Below the pieces are notes generated by a model. It searched no databases, was not told the DNA's origin, and saw only the letters and a list, made by a program, of their open reading frames with translations. From NCBI GenBank assembly GCA_963663865.1, contig OY760686.1, positions 1,760,001-1,824,000 of the forward strand: a stretch of DNA of 64,000 nt, in the 5' to 3' direction. A program made the position numbers and the translations under genes. Positions 9,730-18,885 of this stretch are shown piece by piece (within the stretch, counting starts at the first letter, position 1; every line of letters begins with the position of its first letter). The DNA is from Spirochaetota bacterium (GTDB taxonomy: Bacteria > Spirochaetota > UBA4802 > UBA5550).

Positions 9730-10275
9730 TTGGGCTTTTCTGTGAAAAAACAATATCTGTTTAATATACTTGTCGTGTTCGCGGCGCTTCTCGCTGGATT
9801 CGGGGCGGGTTCATTTGTAGGCTCTGAGGGGCTGAAGCTATACCTCTTTCGAAGGGCCGCTCTTCCGTTTTTTTTTCCGGGATATTCATCCACATATCAT
9901 GCGGCAGTAGCCCTGATGAACAGTCCTGACGAACTTCAGAGGCTGTCCGGCTATTACGCTTTGATTCAGCTTGGGACGATTGACGAAGGCCTGCTTCTCA
10001 AACGTCTTTCCGGAGAGTCAAATCCAGCCATAAAACGTTCTATTGTCTGGATTTTAGGGCGAAGCGAGCTCTCAAAGACAGCAGCTAAGACTCTCGCGAG
10101 GATATTTGACGAATCGTCAGCTTCAGTAAGAGAAGAGATTCTGAGAGTTCTGGATAAGCATGACGCGGAAGCGGCTTTGGAGCTGAAAAAGAAGTATAAA
10201 ATTGAGCTCCCTGCAGGGAGAGAGCTGCCATTGTCACCAAATTATTCTTGTCAAAAAAATGCGGCAGCAGATTAG
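9730..10275 (+). CDS. Membrane-anchored HEAT-repeat hypothetical protein
   Basis: N-terminal hydrophobic helix and HEAT-like repeats ('ESNPAIKRSIVWILG', 'ESSASVREEILRVL'). Start uncertain. Confidence 0.55.
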   Translation: MGFSVKKQYLFNILVVFAALLAGFGAGSFVGSEGLKLYLFRRAALPFFFPGYSSTYHAAVALMNSPDELQRLSGYYALIQLGTIDEGLLLKRLSGESNPAIKRSIVWILGRSELSKTAAKTLARIFDESSASVREEILRVLDKHDAEAALELKKKYKIELPAGRELPLSPNYSCQKNAAAD

Positions 10276-10313
10276 TTCTGTAAGCTGTCACTGTCTATAA
10301 GCGAGGAGTCTGT

Positions 10314-11564
10314 ATGGATTACACAAAATATATTGATGAAGTTTGCTTGGGAGCAAAAAAGGCGTCGCGTGCGGCCGCCTCGATGTCTATCAGCAGAAAA
10401 ATAGAGCTTCTGAAGAATATGGCAGACCGCCTGGAGAAGAATTCCGGACAGGTCGTGAAGGAAAACCTTAAGGACCTTGAAAAGGCTGAAAAGAACGGTC
10501 TTTCCGCAGCCATGGTTGACCGCCTGAGGCTGACACCGGAAAGAATATCCGGTATGGCGGCGTCAATCAGAGAGATTGCGGCACAGGATGACCCGGTCGG
10601 CAGAATTGAGGGGATGACTGTAAGGCCTTCAGGAATACGCGTTGGCCGCATGAGGGTCCCAGTCGGTGTTGTGGCTGTAATATACGAGTCGCGTCCCAAT
10701 GTAACTACCGATATTGCAGCATTGTGTATCAAAAGCGGAAACGCCGCTATTCTTCGCGGCGGGAAGGAGGCGATTCATACCAATACCGCGCTCTACAGCG
10801 TAATATCTGAATCCCTTAAGGAGGATGGAGCTGATACGGGAACGGTTGTGCTGATTACCAAAACAGACCGCGAGCTGCTGACATCTCTCTTAAAACGCAG
10901 CGATTCAATAGACATTGTAATACCCAGAGGCGGACCCGGATTGATTCAGCACGTCACTGAAGAGTCAACGATTCCGGTGATTAAGCATGATAAGGGCCTC
11001 TGTTCGGTATTCGTTGATTCTTCTGCCTCTCCGGAGATGGCAGAGAAGATCGCTGTAAACTCCAAGGCTCAGAGGCCCGGTGTTTGCAATGCTGCTGAAA
11101 CGCTGCTTGTTCACCGGGAATACAGTGAGAAGGCCTCTCTTTTTCAGGCTCTGATCAGCAAAGGTGTCGAACTGAGGGGATGCGCAGAAGCCTGCTCTGT
11201 GCTTCCGGGAAGTATTAAAGAGGCATCGCCGGAGGATTACGATACTGAGTTTCTGGGCCTTGTGATGGCTGTCAGGGTTGTGGGCGGGATTGATGAGGCC
11301 ATGGATCATATCGCGAATCACGGTTCGGGACACTCAGAGGCCATCGTAACAGAAAACTATTCCGCGGCAGAGCGTTTTCTCCGGGAAGTTGATTCCGCGG
11401 CTGTGTTTGTAAATGCGTCGACCCGTTTTCACGACGGAGGTGAGTTCGGCCTTGGCGCTGAGGTGGGAATCTCAACGCAGAAGCTCCATGCCAGAGGAGC
11501 CATGGGGGCTGAGGGGCTGACTACTCTGAAGTATGTCGTCTACGGAAACGGTGAGGTCAGATAG
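10314..11564 (+). CDS. proA: Gamma-glutamyl phosphate reductase
   Basis: 'VPVGVVAVIYESRPNVT', 'KSGNAAILRGGKEA', 'RPGVCNAAETLLVH', 'VNASTRFHDGGEFGLGAEVGISTQKLHARG'. Confidence 0.97.
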   Translation: MDYTKYIDEVCLGAKKASRAAASMSISRKIELLKNMADRLEKNSGQVVKENLKDLEKAEKNGLSAAMVDRLRLTPERISGMAASIREIAAQDDPVGRIEGMTVRPSGIRVGRMRVPVGVVAVIYESRPNVTTDIAALCIKSGNAAILRGGKEAIHTNTALYSVISESLKEDGADTGTVVLITKTDRELLTSLLKRSDSIDIVIPRGGPGLIQHVTEESTIPVIKHDKGLCSVFVDSSASPEMAEKIAVNSKAQRPGVCNAAETLLVHREYSEKASLFQALISKGVELRGCAEACSVLPGSIKEASPEDYDTEFLGLVMAVRVVGGIDEAMDHIANHGSGHSEAIVTENYSAAERFLREVDSAAVFVNASTRFHDGGEFGLGAEVGISTQKLHARGAMGAEGLTTLKYVVYGNGEVR

Positions 11565-11567
11565 AGA

Positions 11568-12152
11568 TTGAAACTGGGATTTATCGGAGGCACATTCAAC
11601 CCGGTACATCGCGGGCACATTGATAATGCCGCTGCGGCCTTCCGGCAGCTTTCGCTTGACCGCTTGATATTTATTCCTGCCTCCAGGCCTGTTCACAAGC
11701 AGGTGCCTGTTGGTGCCGATCCGGAAGACAGGTTTAGAATGCTTGAACTTGCGGTCGGGGGCGTTCAGGGTTTTGAAGTCTCCAGGATCGAGCTGGATCG
11801 CTCGAGCAGCTCATATACAGTCTATACGGTTGAACAGCTCCGCTCGCTTTATCCTGATGCCGATCTTTACATGATAGTTGGAGCTGATTCGTTTAATCAG
11901 CTTGACTCCTGGAAGGACTATAGCAGAATTATTAAGCTTGTTACGCCGGTAGTGATGAGAAGAAGGGGAGATTTCTCCCTTCGAGGTGATATATTAAGTC
12001 AGGCTCCGGGAACAGTGGTTCTCGAAAACGATTTTATTGATATCAGCTCAACTGATGTACGCAAGAGAATAAGGTCCGGTGAACCGATGGAAGCTTATTT
12101 GCCGGAGAGCGTTATACAATACATAAAGAGCAAGGGGCTTTACCTCAGGTGA
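11568..12152 (+). CDS. nadD: Nicotinate-nucleotide adenylyltransferase
   Basis: 'GGTFNPVHRGH' (HxGH), 'SYTVYTV', 'IVGADSF', 'ISSTDVR'. Confidence 0.94.
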   Translation: MKLGFIGGTFNPVHRGHIDNAAAAFRQLSLDRLIFIPASRPVHKQVPVGADPEDRFRMLELAVGGVQGFEVSRIELDRSSSSYTVYTVEQLRSLYPDADLYMIVGADSFNQLDSWKDYSRIIKLVTPVVMRRRGDFSLRGDILSQAPGTVVLENDFIDISSTDVRKRIRSGEPMEAYLPESVIQYIKSKGLYLR

Positions 12153-13267
12153 AAAAGAGACTGATGATTATAGCGGCAGTTACGGCCGCGCTTATGACAA
12201 CTTTTTTTACAGTACATTTTTACAAGATCAGCACGAGAAACGCGGTTGAAAAGCTTGCCGCGGAAAAAAAACTGATCAATCTGCTTATAGCCGGAACAAA
12301 CGGGAGCGATTCAAAGAGGTGCAGCTTTTTCGCGATCCTGTCAATTAATCCGGAAAACAACAATATCGGAATTACATTTCTCCCGCCATCCTACAGAATA
12401 GCTCCTGACGGGAATGCAGAGGGCGCTGTACCCGTCAGCAGCATTGAAAGCTCGGATTTTGATGATTTAAGAAAAACCATATACAGAGATCTCAAGCTGG
12501 ATGTTCCATTTTTTATAACAATGACTCCTGCTGTAACAGCAAGATTTATCGATCTGATTGGGGGAATAGATATCTTTGTCCTGGATCAAGTCGAGAATAT
12601 GGACGGTGTTAGGACTGGCCTGAATTACTTCGATGGAGACAAAACGGTCTCTTATATTAACAATGCTGTAAACAATTCAATATATATAAAATATGACAGA
12701 ATTCAGGACGTTCTTATGACCCTTTATCAAAAAAGGACAGAGCTTGAGCTATTCAGGAATTACAGCTTTGTATCGGAAGCGATGAAGGGAGTGAAGACAA
12801 ACATACTTCCGCAGGAAGCCCTTTCTATGCTGGAGTTTGTCTTTAATGAAGGAAATCTGATTTGCGGCATTGTACCTGGAGGATTCAGGGACGGTCTATA
12901 CGTAGTTGACGATATTTCATACAGGCTTTTTGAAAGCGAGTTCATGAGCGGGCTTGTTCTGGGAAAGGAGTCCGATTCGCCGATTAAAGTCAAGATATTA
13001 AACGGTACCAGCATATCGGGCCTTGCCCGCAGGATGAGAAACTATCTTAACAGGGACGGTTTGAATGTTGTCGAGTTCAGCACATCGCCATACAGCTCGG
13101 TTAAAAAATCCGTCATTATAAGCAGGAAAGGCGATATCAGATCAATACGAAGGGTGTCGGAGTTGACCGGCATATCAAAAGTTCATTATATTATAGACAA
13201 TACCCAGCTTAACAATGTGCTGGTAATAATTGGAGATGACATTGCGGACACAACAGGACATAGATAA
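12149..13267 (+). CDS. LCP-family protein with LytR C-terminal domain
   Basis: N-terminal TM, 'INLLIAG', 'FIDLIGGI'. C-terminal LytR_C 'KVKILNGTSISGLARR...VIIGDD'. Lies between nadD and rsfS. Confidence 0.8.
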   Translation: MKKRLMIIAAVTAALMTTFFTVHFYKISTRNAVEKLAAEKKLINLLIAGTNGSDSKRCSFFAILSINPENNNIGITFLPPSYRIAPDGNAEGAVPVSSIESSDFDDLRKTIYRDLKLDVPFFITMTPAVTARFIDLIGGIDIFVLDQVENMDGVRTGLNYFDGDKTVSYINNAVNNSIYIKYDRIQDVLMTLYQKRTELELFRNYSFVSEAMKGVKTNILPQEALSMLEFVFNEGNLICGIVPGGFRDGLYVVDDISYRLFESEFMSGLVLGKESDSPIKVKILNGTSISGLARRMRNYLNRDGLNVVEFSTSPYSSVKKSVIISRKGDIRSIRRVSELTGISKVHYIIDNTQLNNVLVIIGDDIADTTGHR

Positions 13268-13637
13268 CAGAGATATTAACGGCATTACAACAATTACAAT
13301 CACCGACATCGCTGAAGATACAGAAAGGCTTCTTGAGGATAATAAAGCTGTAGAAACAAAGCTTCTCGATATAAGAATGTTTAACAGCCTGTTTGATTAC
13401 TTTATCGTGACAACCGGGTCTTCAAGGGTACACTGCAGAGCGTTGGCTCGCGAGGTAAGGGAATACCTTTACAGCATGGGTCTCAGGGAAGCTATGAGGC
13501 CTGACATGGATTCCGAGTGGATCATTGTGGACTTTAACGACATTGTAGTTCATATCTTCACAGAAGAAACAAGAAACTATTATCAGCTTGAGAAGCTGTG
13601 GACGGCTCACTCAAACACAGGGCCGGTCAGCCGCTGA
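13230..13637 (+). CDS. rsfS: Ribosome silencing factor (Iojap)
   Basis: 'LEDNKA', 'DYFIVTTGSS', 'WIIVDFNDIVVHIFTEETRNYYQLEKLW'. True start may be 13236 or 13242. Confidence 0.93.
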   Translation: MEMTLRTQQDIDNRDINGITTITITDIAEDTERLLEDNKAVETKLLDIRMFNSLFDYFIVTTGSSRVHCRALAREVREYLYSMGLREAMRPDMDSEWIIVDFNDIVVHIFTEETRNYYQLEKLWTAHSNTGPVSR

Positions 13638-13665
13638 CGGTTGCCGGGCCCTGAATCCGAATATT

Positions 13666-14820
13666 TTACTCCTTTCTTTCTCCAACGGTTACCCACAGGT
13701 TTATCCTGGACTTGTTTCTCCAGACAACGAGCTTGACGGTTTTACCGATTTTGCTTTTGCTTATTGTTGATACAAGATCTGAAAATTCGCTGATTTTTGT
13801 GTCGTCTACCTGGAGAATCACATCTTTAACCTGCACACCGGCTTTATCTGCCGGACCGTCAGGGTCAACTGAACCGACAAGAGCCCCTTCGTTTTTCTTG
13901 AGGCCAAGCTCTTTGGCAAATTCTTCAGTTAATGGCGATATCTGAACGCCAATAAAGCCGCGTTTTATTTTACCGTGTTTCTTGAGCTCAAGAAGGCTTT
14001 GCTTAACATTGTTAATCGGTATAGAAAAGCCTATCCCGATACTTCCGCCGCTCTGAGAGTAAATGGCCCTGTTAACCCCTATGACCTCTCCGTCAATATT
14101 GATAAGCGGTCCGCCGGAGTTGCCCTGGTTGATGGACGCGTCAGTCTGAATATGGGAATTGCCGAGACTGTCGACCTTCTTCCTGCCGGTAGCGCTGACA
14201 ATGCCCGAAGTAAATGTTTTATCAAGGCCGAATGGGTTGCCAATGGCAACAACCATGTCTCCTATCTGAACGTCATCCGAATTGCCAAGGTGAACGGGCT
14301 TGAATTTTTTTCCGCTTTCGATTTTCAGAAGAGCTATGTCGAGCATGCTGTCTGTTCCAATAACCTTTGCTTTATAGTCTTCATCATTGACTGTTACTGT
14401 CGCGGAATCAACTTTATCTACTACGTGGGCGTTTGTGCAGACATATCCGTCGCTGCTTACAATGAAACCCGTTCCAAGGCCCCGCTGTTTTTTTGTTTTA
14501 GGCGTCTTTGGAGTATTGCCGAAGAACTGTCTAAAAAAAGGATCGTCCGCGAAGGGGTTTGAGTATCTGACTTTGACCGTTTTCTCGGTGCTGATGAATA
14601 CCACTGAATCCTTATATTCATTGTAGATGTCGCGGTAAGCCTGCTGCACCTGATAGACGGTCTTTTGTCCGCTTTCTCCTTTTATGGGAGAGGGTTTGTA
14701 CGCGTCGTCTAAAAAGGTTCCTCCGGCAAAGAGCATGCAGGAAGTTAAAAGTAAAGAAATTGATACAGCTGAAGCAGTTAACAGGTTTTGCGTTTTTAGA
14801 AAATTTTTCTTAAAAAGCAT
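13666..14820 (-). CDS. htrA: HtrA/DegP-family serine protease with one PDZ domain, probable lipoprotein
   Basis: Catalytic triad contexts 'TNAHVV', 'DIALLKI', 'INQGNSGGPL'. PDZ 'RGFIGVQI...GPADKAGV'. Lipobox-like 'LLTSC'. Confidence 0.92.
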   Translation of the reverse strand: MLFKKNFLKTQNLLTASAVSISLLLTSCMLFAGGTFLDDAYKPSPIKGESGQKTVYQVQQAYRDIYNEYKDSVVFISTEKTVKVRYSNPFADDPFFRQFFGNTPKTPKTKKQRGLGTGFIVSSDGYVCTNAHVVDKVDSATVTVNDEDYKAKVIGTDSMLDIALLKIESGKKFKPVHLGNSDDVQIGDMVVAIGNPFGLDKTFTSGIVSATGRKKVDSLGNSHIQTDASINQGNSGGPLINIDGEVIGVNRAIYSQSGGSIGIGFSIPINNVKQSLLELKKHGKIKRGFIGVQISPLTEEFAKELGLKKNEGALVGSVDPDGPADKAGVQVKDVILQVDDTKISEFSDLVSTISKSKIGKTVKLVVWRNKSRINLWVTVGERKE

Positions 14821-15037
14821 TTGATTTACCTCTGTTTAGTGATATAATAGCTTTAACAGGTTTTGAGCCTTATCTGGACGCACAAAAGATGGGGCATCAA
14901 AGATGTTTCGTTGTTACGTTTTTTTAAAGCTTTCATCGAAATATTGTTCCAGACAAGGCAGACGGCCTTCTTGTCTTTTGCCGTCGTCTCCCGGTAATGG
15001 GCCTGGATATATAACTTTGATATTTTGAGTCTTGGTT

Positions 15038-15078
15038 TGTTACAAACTTTTCATTTTCTCTTTATATAATATTTATAA
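15038..15078 (+). promoter_or_regulatory. Four-unit 11-bp direct repeat (Pho-box/OmpR-family-like)
   Basis: TTAC at 15040, TCAT at 15051, TTAT at 15062 and TTAT at 15073, in exact 11-bp register upstream of a porin-like gene. Confidence 0.35.
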
Positions 15079-15157
15079 TTCTCTGGTTATTCTTCCTTTG
15101 TACAAAACATTAAGCGCGTTAGTTATTCGCGCAGTTAAATAATGGAGGAACAAAAAG

Positions 15158-16174
15158 ATGAAGTTAAAGTTTCTTGCCGCAGGCGTACTGGCTGTGTTTT
15201 CAGCGGGGGCTGTTTTTGCCCAGGAAGCTCCAGTGAAAGAGGCTGCTGCCGGGGAGATATCCGGTGAGGCTTATTTCGGTTATTATGGCGATCTTAACGG
15301 AGATGACAAAACTCACGGGTTTGAACTGGAAAGGGTATACGTAAACTGGAAGAAAAAGCTGAGCGATACGCTTTCAGCCAGGGTAACTGCTGATGTTTAT
15401 CAGTCAGACGATGTTGATGGTGACGGCAAGTCTGACGGACGCGGAGACTTTTTTGTAAAGTATGCTTACTTCCAGTACAAGGATTCTTTCGGTACCATTG
15501 GAACGCAGCTTCAGGCAGGTCTTATCGGGAACCCGGTGCTTGGTCTTGTCGACAAAATGGCCGGAATGAGATGGCTGACAAAAAACCAGATGGACACAAT
15601 GAAGATTGATAACTCTGCTGATCTGGGAGTGTCATTCAGCATGAATATCATGAAGATGGCTGACATAACTGCTTACTATGCTAATGGAGAAGGCTACAAG
15701 ACAATCTCCGGCGAAGCCTACAAAGGAAAACAGTTCAGCGGACTTCTTTCTCTGACTCCGTTAAAGGGACTGTTCATCAATGCTTTTTATAAATACGAGA
15801 AGGTTGATGAAGAGGGAACCAAGGACTCTTACTTCGGCGGCGGAATCGCCTGGAGCGACAAGATGTACAAGGCAGGCGTAAATCTTACAAGCGTTACAGA
15901 TGCCCACAAGGAGTCTTATGGAAAGGGTCTTTACACAGACGCGTGGGTCAATGTAAACATGAAAGACCTTGCCGGAATGCCGATAACCTTTAATGGACGC
16001 CTGGGCTACATAATGCCTGACGAGGACGGAGCGGACGAAACAATGACATTCGCTTTCGGCCCCGGCTATCAGTTTGCTGACAGCCTTCAGGCCGCTCTGT
16101 GGTGCACATACGCAAAAACGGGCGACGAAAAGGCAGATGTAAACGGTGCGATCAAGTTTGAGCTGAAGTACTGA
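15158..16174 (+). CDS. Porin-like outer-membrane beta-barrel protein
   Basis: Signal peptide 'AVFA|QE'. Porin-type strands 'GFELERVYVNW', 'FFVKYAYFQY', 'ANGEGY'. C-terminal beta-signal 'KFELKY'. GGAGG RBS. Confidence 0.78.
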   Translation: MKLKFLAAGVLAVFSAGAVFAQEAPVKEAAAGEISGEAYFGYYGDLNGDDKTHGFELERVYVNWKKKLSDTLSARVTADVYQSDDVDGDGKSDGRGDFFVKYAYFQYKDSFGTIGTQLQAGLIGNPVLGLVDKMAGMRWLTKNQMDTMKIDNSADLGVSFSMNIMKMADITAYYANGEGYKTISGEAYKGKQFSGLLSLTPLKGLFINAFYKYEKVDEEGTKDSYFGGGIAWSDKMYKAGVNLTSVTDAHKESYGKGLYTDAWVNVNMKDLAGMPITFNGRLGYIMPDEDGADETMTFAFGPGYQFADSLQAALWCTYAKTGDEKADVNGAIKFELKY

Positions 16175-16197
16175 GAATTAAACACCTGATAATGATT

Positions 16198-16228
16198 AGC
16201 CGCTCAGCCATGGTTGGGCGGCTTTTTT
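16198..16228 (+). terminator. Intrinsic terminator after porin gene
   Basis: AGCCGCTCAGCC and GGTTGGGCGGCT arms followed by a T-tract. Confidence 0.8.
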
Positions 16229-16499
16229 GTGCACTGAAAATCGTTGTGTGGATGAAATAAAGCCGGTGTACCTGATAGAAGGGAAATTTGCCGGAAAAAG
16301 CACAATTGGATGCGGATGAGTATAAGAACCATTTTACTGTAGATCTCAGCAGCGATTTTTCTGGCAGCTTCTGCGATGACAGGTCGGATTATTATTTCCC
16401 CTATATTGATCATTAAGCTCGGACACACCATTAGGTCATTATTGCAAAGTCCACTGGGGACTAATAGAAGCGATTGTATATTAGTCATGTAAGTTGAAA

Positions 16500-16529
16500 T
16501 CTAAACTGCCCATATGTTAACGGGCAGTC
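16500..16529 (-). terminator. Probable terminator after MORN-repeat gene
   Basis: ACTGCCC...GGGCAGT hairpin followed by TTAGATTT on the minus strand. Confidence 0.55.
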
Positions 16530-16581
16530 ATAAATGGTAGTGGAATATTAATGATATTTATGTGTATGACTGGCAGGACAC

Positions 16582-17283
16582 TCAGTAAGTCTCGGTCTTT
16601 TCTTCGCCGTTATTGGAATAGGTCCAGGTTCCTGTTTTTTTGCCTTCGTTGTAGGCTCCCTTTGCCTCAATCTGGCCGTTTATGTCGTAGTACTGCCAGA
16701 GTCCTTCTTTGTTCCCCTTGCTGTATTTCCCAAGCATCTTAAGCTTCCCGTTAGGGTAATAGATATTTGTCTGTCCGTCCTTGAGGCCGTTGCTGTACCA
16801 GCTTATTTCGCATGGCTTGCCGTCCTTGTAGTAGTGGAAGTACTTCCCGTTGAGCTTCTCGTCGCGGAAGTTCTCTACAATGTTTGCTACGCCGGAATCG
16901 TGGAATGTTATCCGCTGACCGTTGAGCTTTCCGTTTCTATAGGAGGCCTTTGCCACAACCTTGCCCCCGGTAGAGTACTCAGACCAGACTCCATTTTTGA
17001 GCCCATTGCTGTATGAACCTGAGAGCATCATCTTTCCGCCGTTTTCTGAGCTGTAGTAGTAGACCCACTTGCCGTGCTTATTGTGATTTTTAACAGGTCC
17101 TTTGCCTTTGAGTGAGCCATCAGGCCTTAGCTCTTCAAGTATGCCGTCAGCCATGTCTGTTGTTGTTGAGGCTTCGATTGAATCAATGTCGTATATTTTA
17201 AATGAATTGGCGGGCTGACTCGACAGAAGAGCAGCCGGAATTATTACTGAACTTAAAAAAACAACTGATAACTTTTTTCTCAT
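16582..17283 (-). CDS. Secreted MORN-variant repeat protein (YwqK-like)
   Basis: Signal peptide plus repeats 'GSYSNGLKNGVWSEYS', 'YSNGLKDGQTNIYYPNGKL', 'GKYSKGNKEGLWQYYDING'. Confidence 0.85.
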   Translation of the reverse strand: MRKKLSVVFLSSVIIPAALLSSQPANSFKIYDIDSIEASTTTDMADGILEELRPDGSLKGKGPVKNHNKHGKWVYYYSSENGGKMMLSGSYSNGLKNGVWSEYSTGGKVVAKASYRNGKLNGQRITFHDSGVANIVENFRDEKLNGKYFHYYKDGKPCEISWYSNGLKDGQTNIYYPNGKLKMLGKYSKGNKEGLWQYYDINGQIEAKGAYNEGKKTGTWTYSNNGEEKTETY

Positions 17284-17479
17284 ATTAAACCCCTAATATT
17301 TTGTCTGAAACATTACATTTTAATGAACACCGTTATATGTGTCAAACATTTACGTTATTAAGTCAAGAATTCTTTGAATGACGGATAATTTACGAAGATA
17401 TAAGAGGTTAGACCCTGTTTAATCGTGAAACACTTCAAAAAAATAACACAGCTGTCGGGGGCCCGGGAAGAATAAATAC

Positions 17480-17506
17480 TGAAGGAAAATCCTGATTTTC
17501 CGACAA
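17480..17506 (+). promoter_or_regulatory. Sigma-28-like promoter of the flgG operon
   Basis: TGAA-N15-TCCGACAA, 60 nt upstream of flgG. Confidence 0.45.
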
Positions 17507-17566
17507 TGAAGACATAATCCGGTATATTATACAGTGCCGGCAATATCAGCAACGAGGTAACAGACA

Positions 17567-18361
17567 ATGATGAGATCACTCTGGACAGCGGCTTCAGGAA
17601 TGGTGGGCCAGCAGTTTAATATAGATACAGTTTCAAACAACCTTTCGAATGTTAACACAACTGGATTCAAAAAGCAGAGGGCCGAGTTTGAAGACCTGCT
17701 TTATCAGACTGTACTGATGGCCGGAACGCCGGCAACAGAGGTAACTGAGGTCCCAACAGGAATACAGGTGGGACACGGAGTAAAGGTCGCGGCCACGCAG
17801 AAGATGTTTGAGCAGGGAAGCCTCCAGGCAACCGAGAATAAAACAGATATAGCTCTTGAAGGAGAGGGATTCTTCAAGGTACAGCTCTTTGACGGATCCA
17901 TGGCCTATACGCGTGACGGTTCTTTTAAGATCGATTCTGAGAGGCAGCTGGTTACATCCAACGGATATCTTATGGAGCCTCCGATAGTTCTTCCTGACAA
18001 TTTCATCCACAATTCGCTGAGCATAAGTCAGGACGGCCGCATAACGGTTAAGCTTATCGGCGAGGATGATCCGGTTGAGGTTGGAATAATGGAGGTGTAC
18101 AGGTTTGTCAATCCAGCTGGTCTTCAGAGCATAGGGGGAAACCTGTTTAAAACAACAGCCGCTTCAGGTGAGGAAATAGCCGGCAGGCCTGCCATTGACG
18201 GGATGGCGCGACTGCATCAGGGCTTTCTTGAGATGTCGAATGTTAAGGTCGTAGAGGAAATGGTCAATATGATAGTTGCCCAGAGGGCCTATGAGGTAAA
18301 CTCAAAGGCAATTCAAACCTCAGATTCCATGCTCGGAACAGCTATAGGGCTTAAGCGTTGA
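17567..18361 (+). CDS. flgG: Flagellar basal-body distal rod protein
   Basis: 'MRSLWTAASGM', 'SNNLSNVNTTGFKK', 'FEDLLYQ', 'YTRDGSF', 'LEMSNVKVVEEMVNMIVAQRAYEVNSKAI'. Confidence 0.97.
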   Translation: MMRSLWTAASGMVGQQFNIDTVSNNLSNVNTTGFKKQRAEFEDLLYQTVLMAGTPATEVTEVPTGIQVGHGVKVAATQKMFEQGSLQATENKTDIALEGEGFFKVQLFDGSMAYTRDGSFKIDSERQLVTSNGYLMEPPIVLPDNFIHNSLSISQDGRITVKLIGEDDPVEVGIMEVYRFVNPAGLQSIGGNLFKTTAASGEEIAGRPAIDGMARLHQGFLEMSNVKVVEEMVNMIVAQRAYEVNSKAIQTSDSMLGTAIGLKR

Positions 18362-18885
18362 CGGGAATTAGACTAAAAGCAGTTTCTTTTGCTTTGCTCA
18401 TACTCCCTGCTCAACTGTTTGCGGGTGAAAGTATAAGCATGTATCTTTATTCGAGGGTAAGCTGCTCCGGGAAGGCACGCATTTCCGACATCTGCAGATT
18501 AGATGGTCCTGGTGACTGGACAGCTGAGATCGCGGCACTTGAGCTGCCAGAGAAGCTGTATGATGACGGACTCGTTGATTCATCTGAAATAGTCAGTCTC
18601 TTGAAGGACAGCGGTTTTGACCGGCATGTGGACATATATGGAAGTTCGGTAAGGTTTGAATCAACAACACCTCATAATCGGGCGGGGGATAAAGCCCCTC
18701 AGATCATCCTTGTTGGCCGTGACCGCACAGTGCGTATTGTATACCGCAGGAACGGTATCTCAGTTGAGTTAAAGGGTAAGGCTCTGAACTCGGGTAAGGC
18801 CGGAGATGAGATTGAGGTTCGATCCGGTAAACGGATAATCAGGGCTGTTGTTACAGGAAATGATGTCGTGGAGATATTGATGTGA
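18358..18885 (+). CDS. flgA: Flagellar P-ring formation chaperone FlgA-like
   Basis: Signal peptide. C-terminal 'GISVELKGKALNSGKAGDEIEVR..KRIIRAVV'. Position between flgG and flgH. Confidence 0.75.
   Translation: MTGIRLKAVSFALLILPAQLFAGESISMYLYSRVSCSGKARISDICRLDGPGDWTAEIAALELPEKLYDDGLVDSSEIVSLLKDSGFDRHVDIYGSSVRFESTTPHNRAGDKAPQIILVGRDRTVRIVYRRNGISVELKGKALNSGKAGDEIEVRSGKRIIRAVVTGNDVVEILM

Noticed and set aside
16204-16488. 94-aa minus-strand ORF or ncRNA between two terminators
   Set aside because: No RBS or motif, it runs into the porin terminator, and no known RNA structure was recognised.
16582-17283. YwqK-like protein as the antitoxin of a toxin-antitoxin pair
   Set aside because: No adjacent toxin gene. 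It has a signal peptide and generic MORN-variant repeats.
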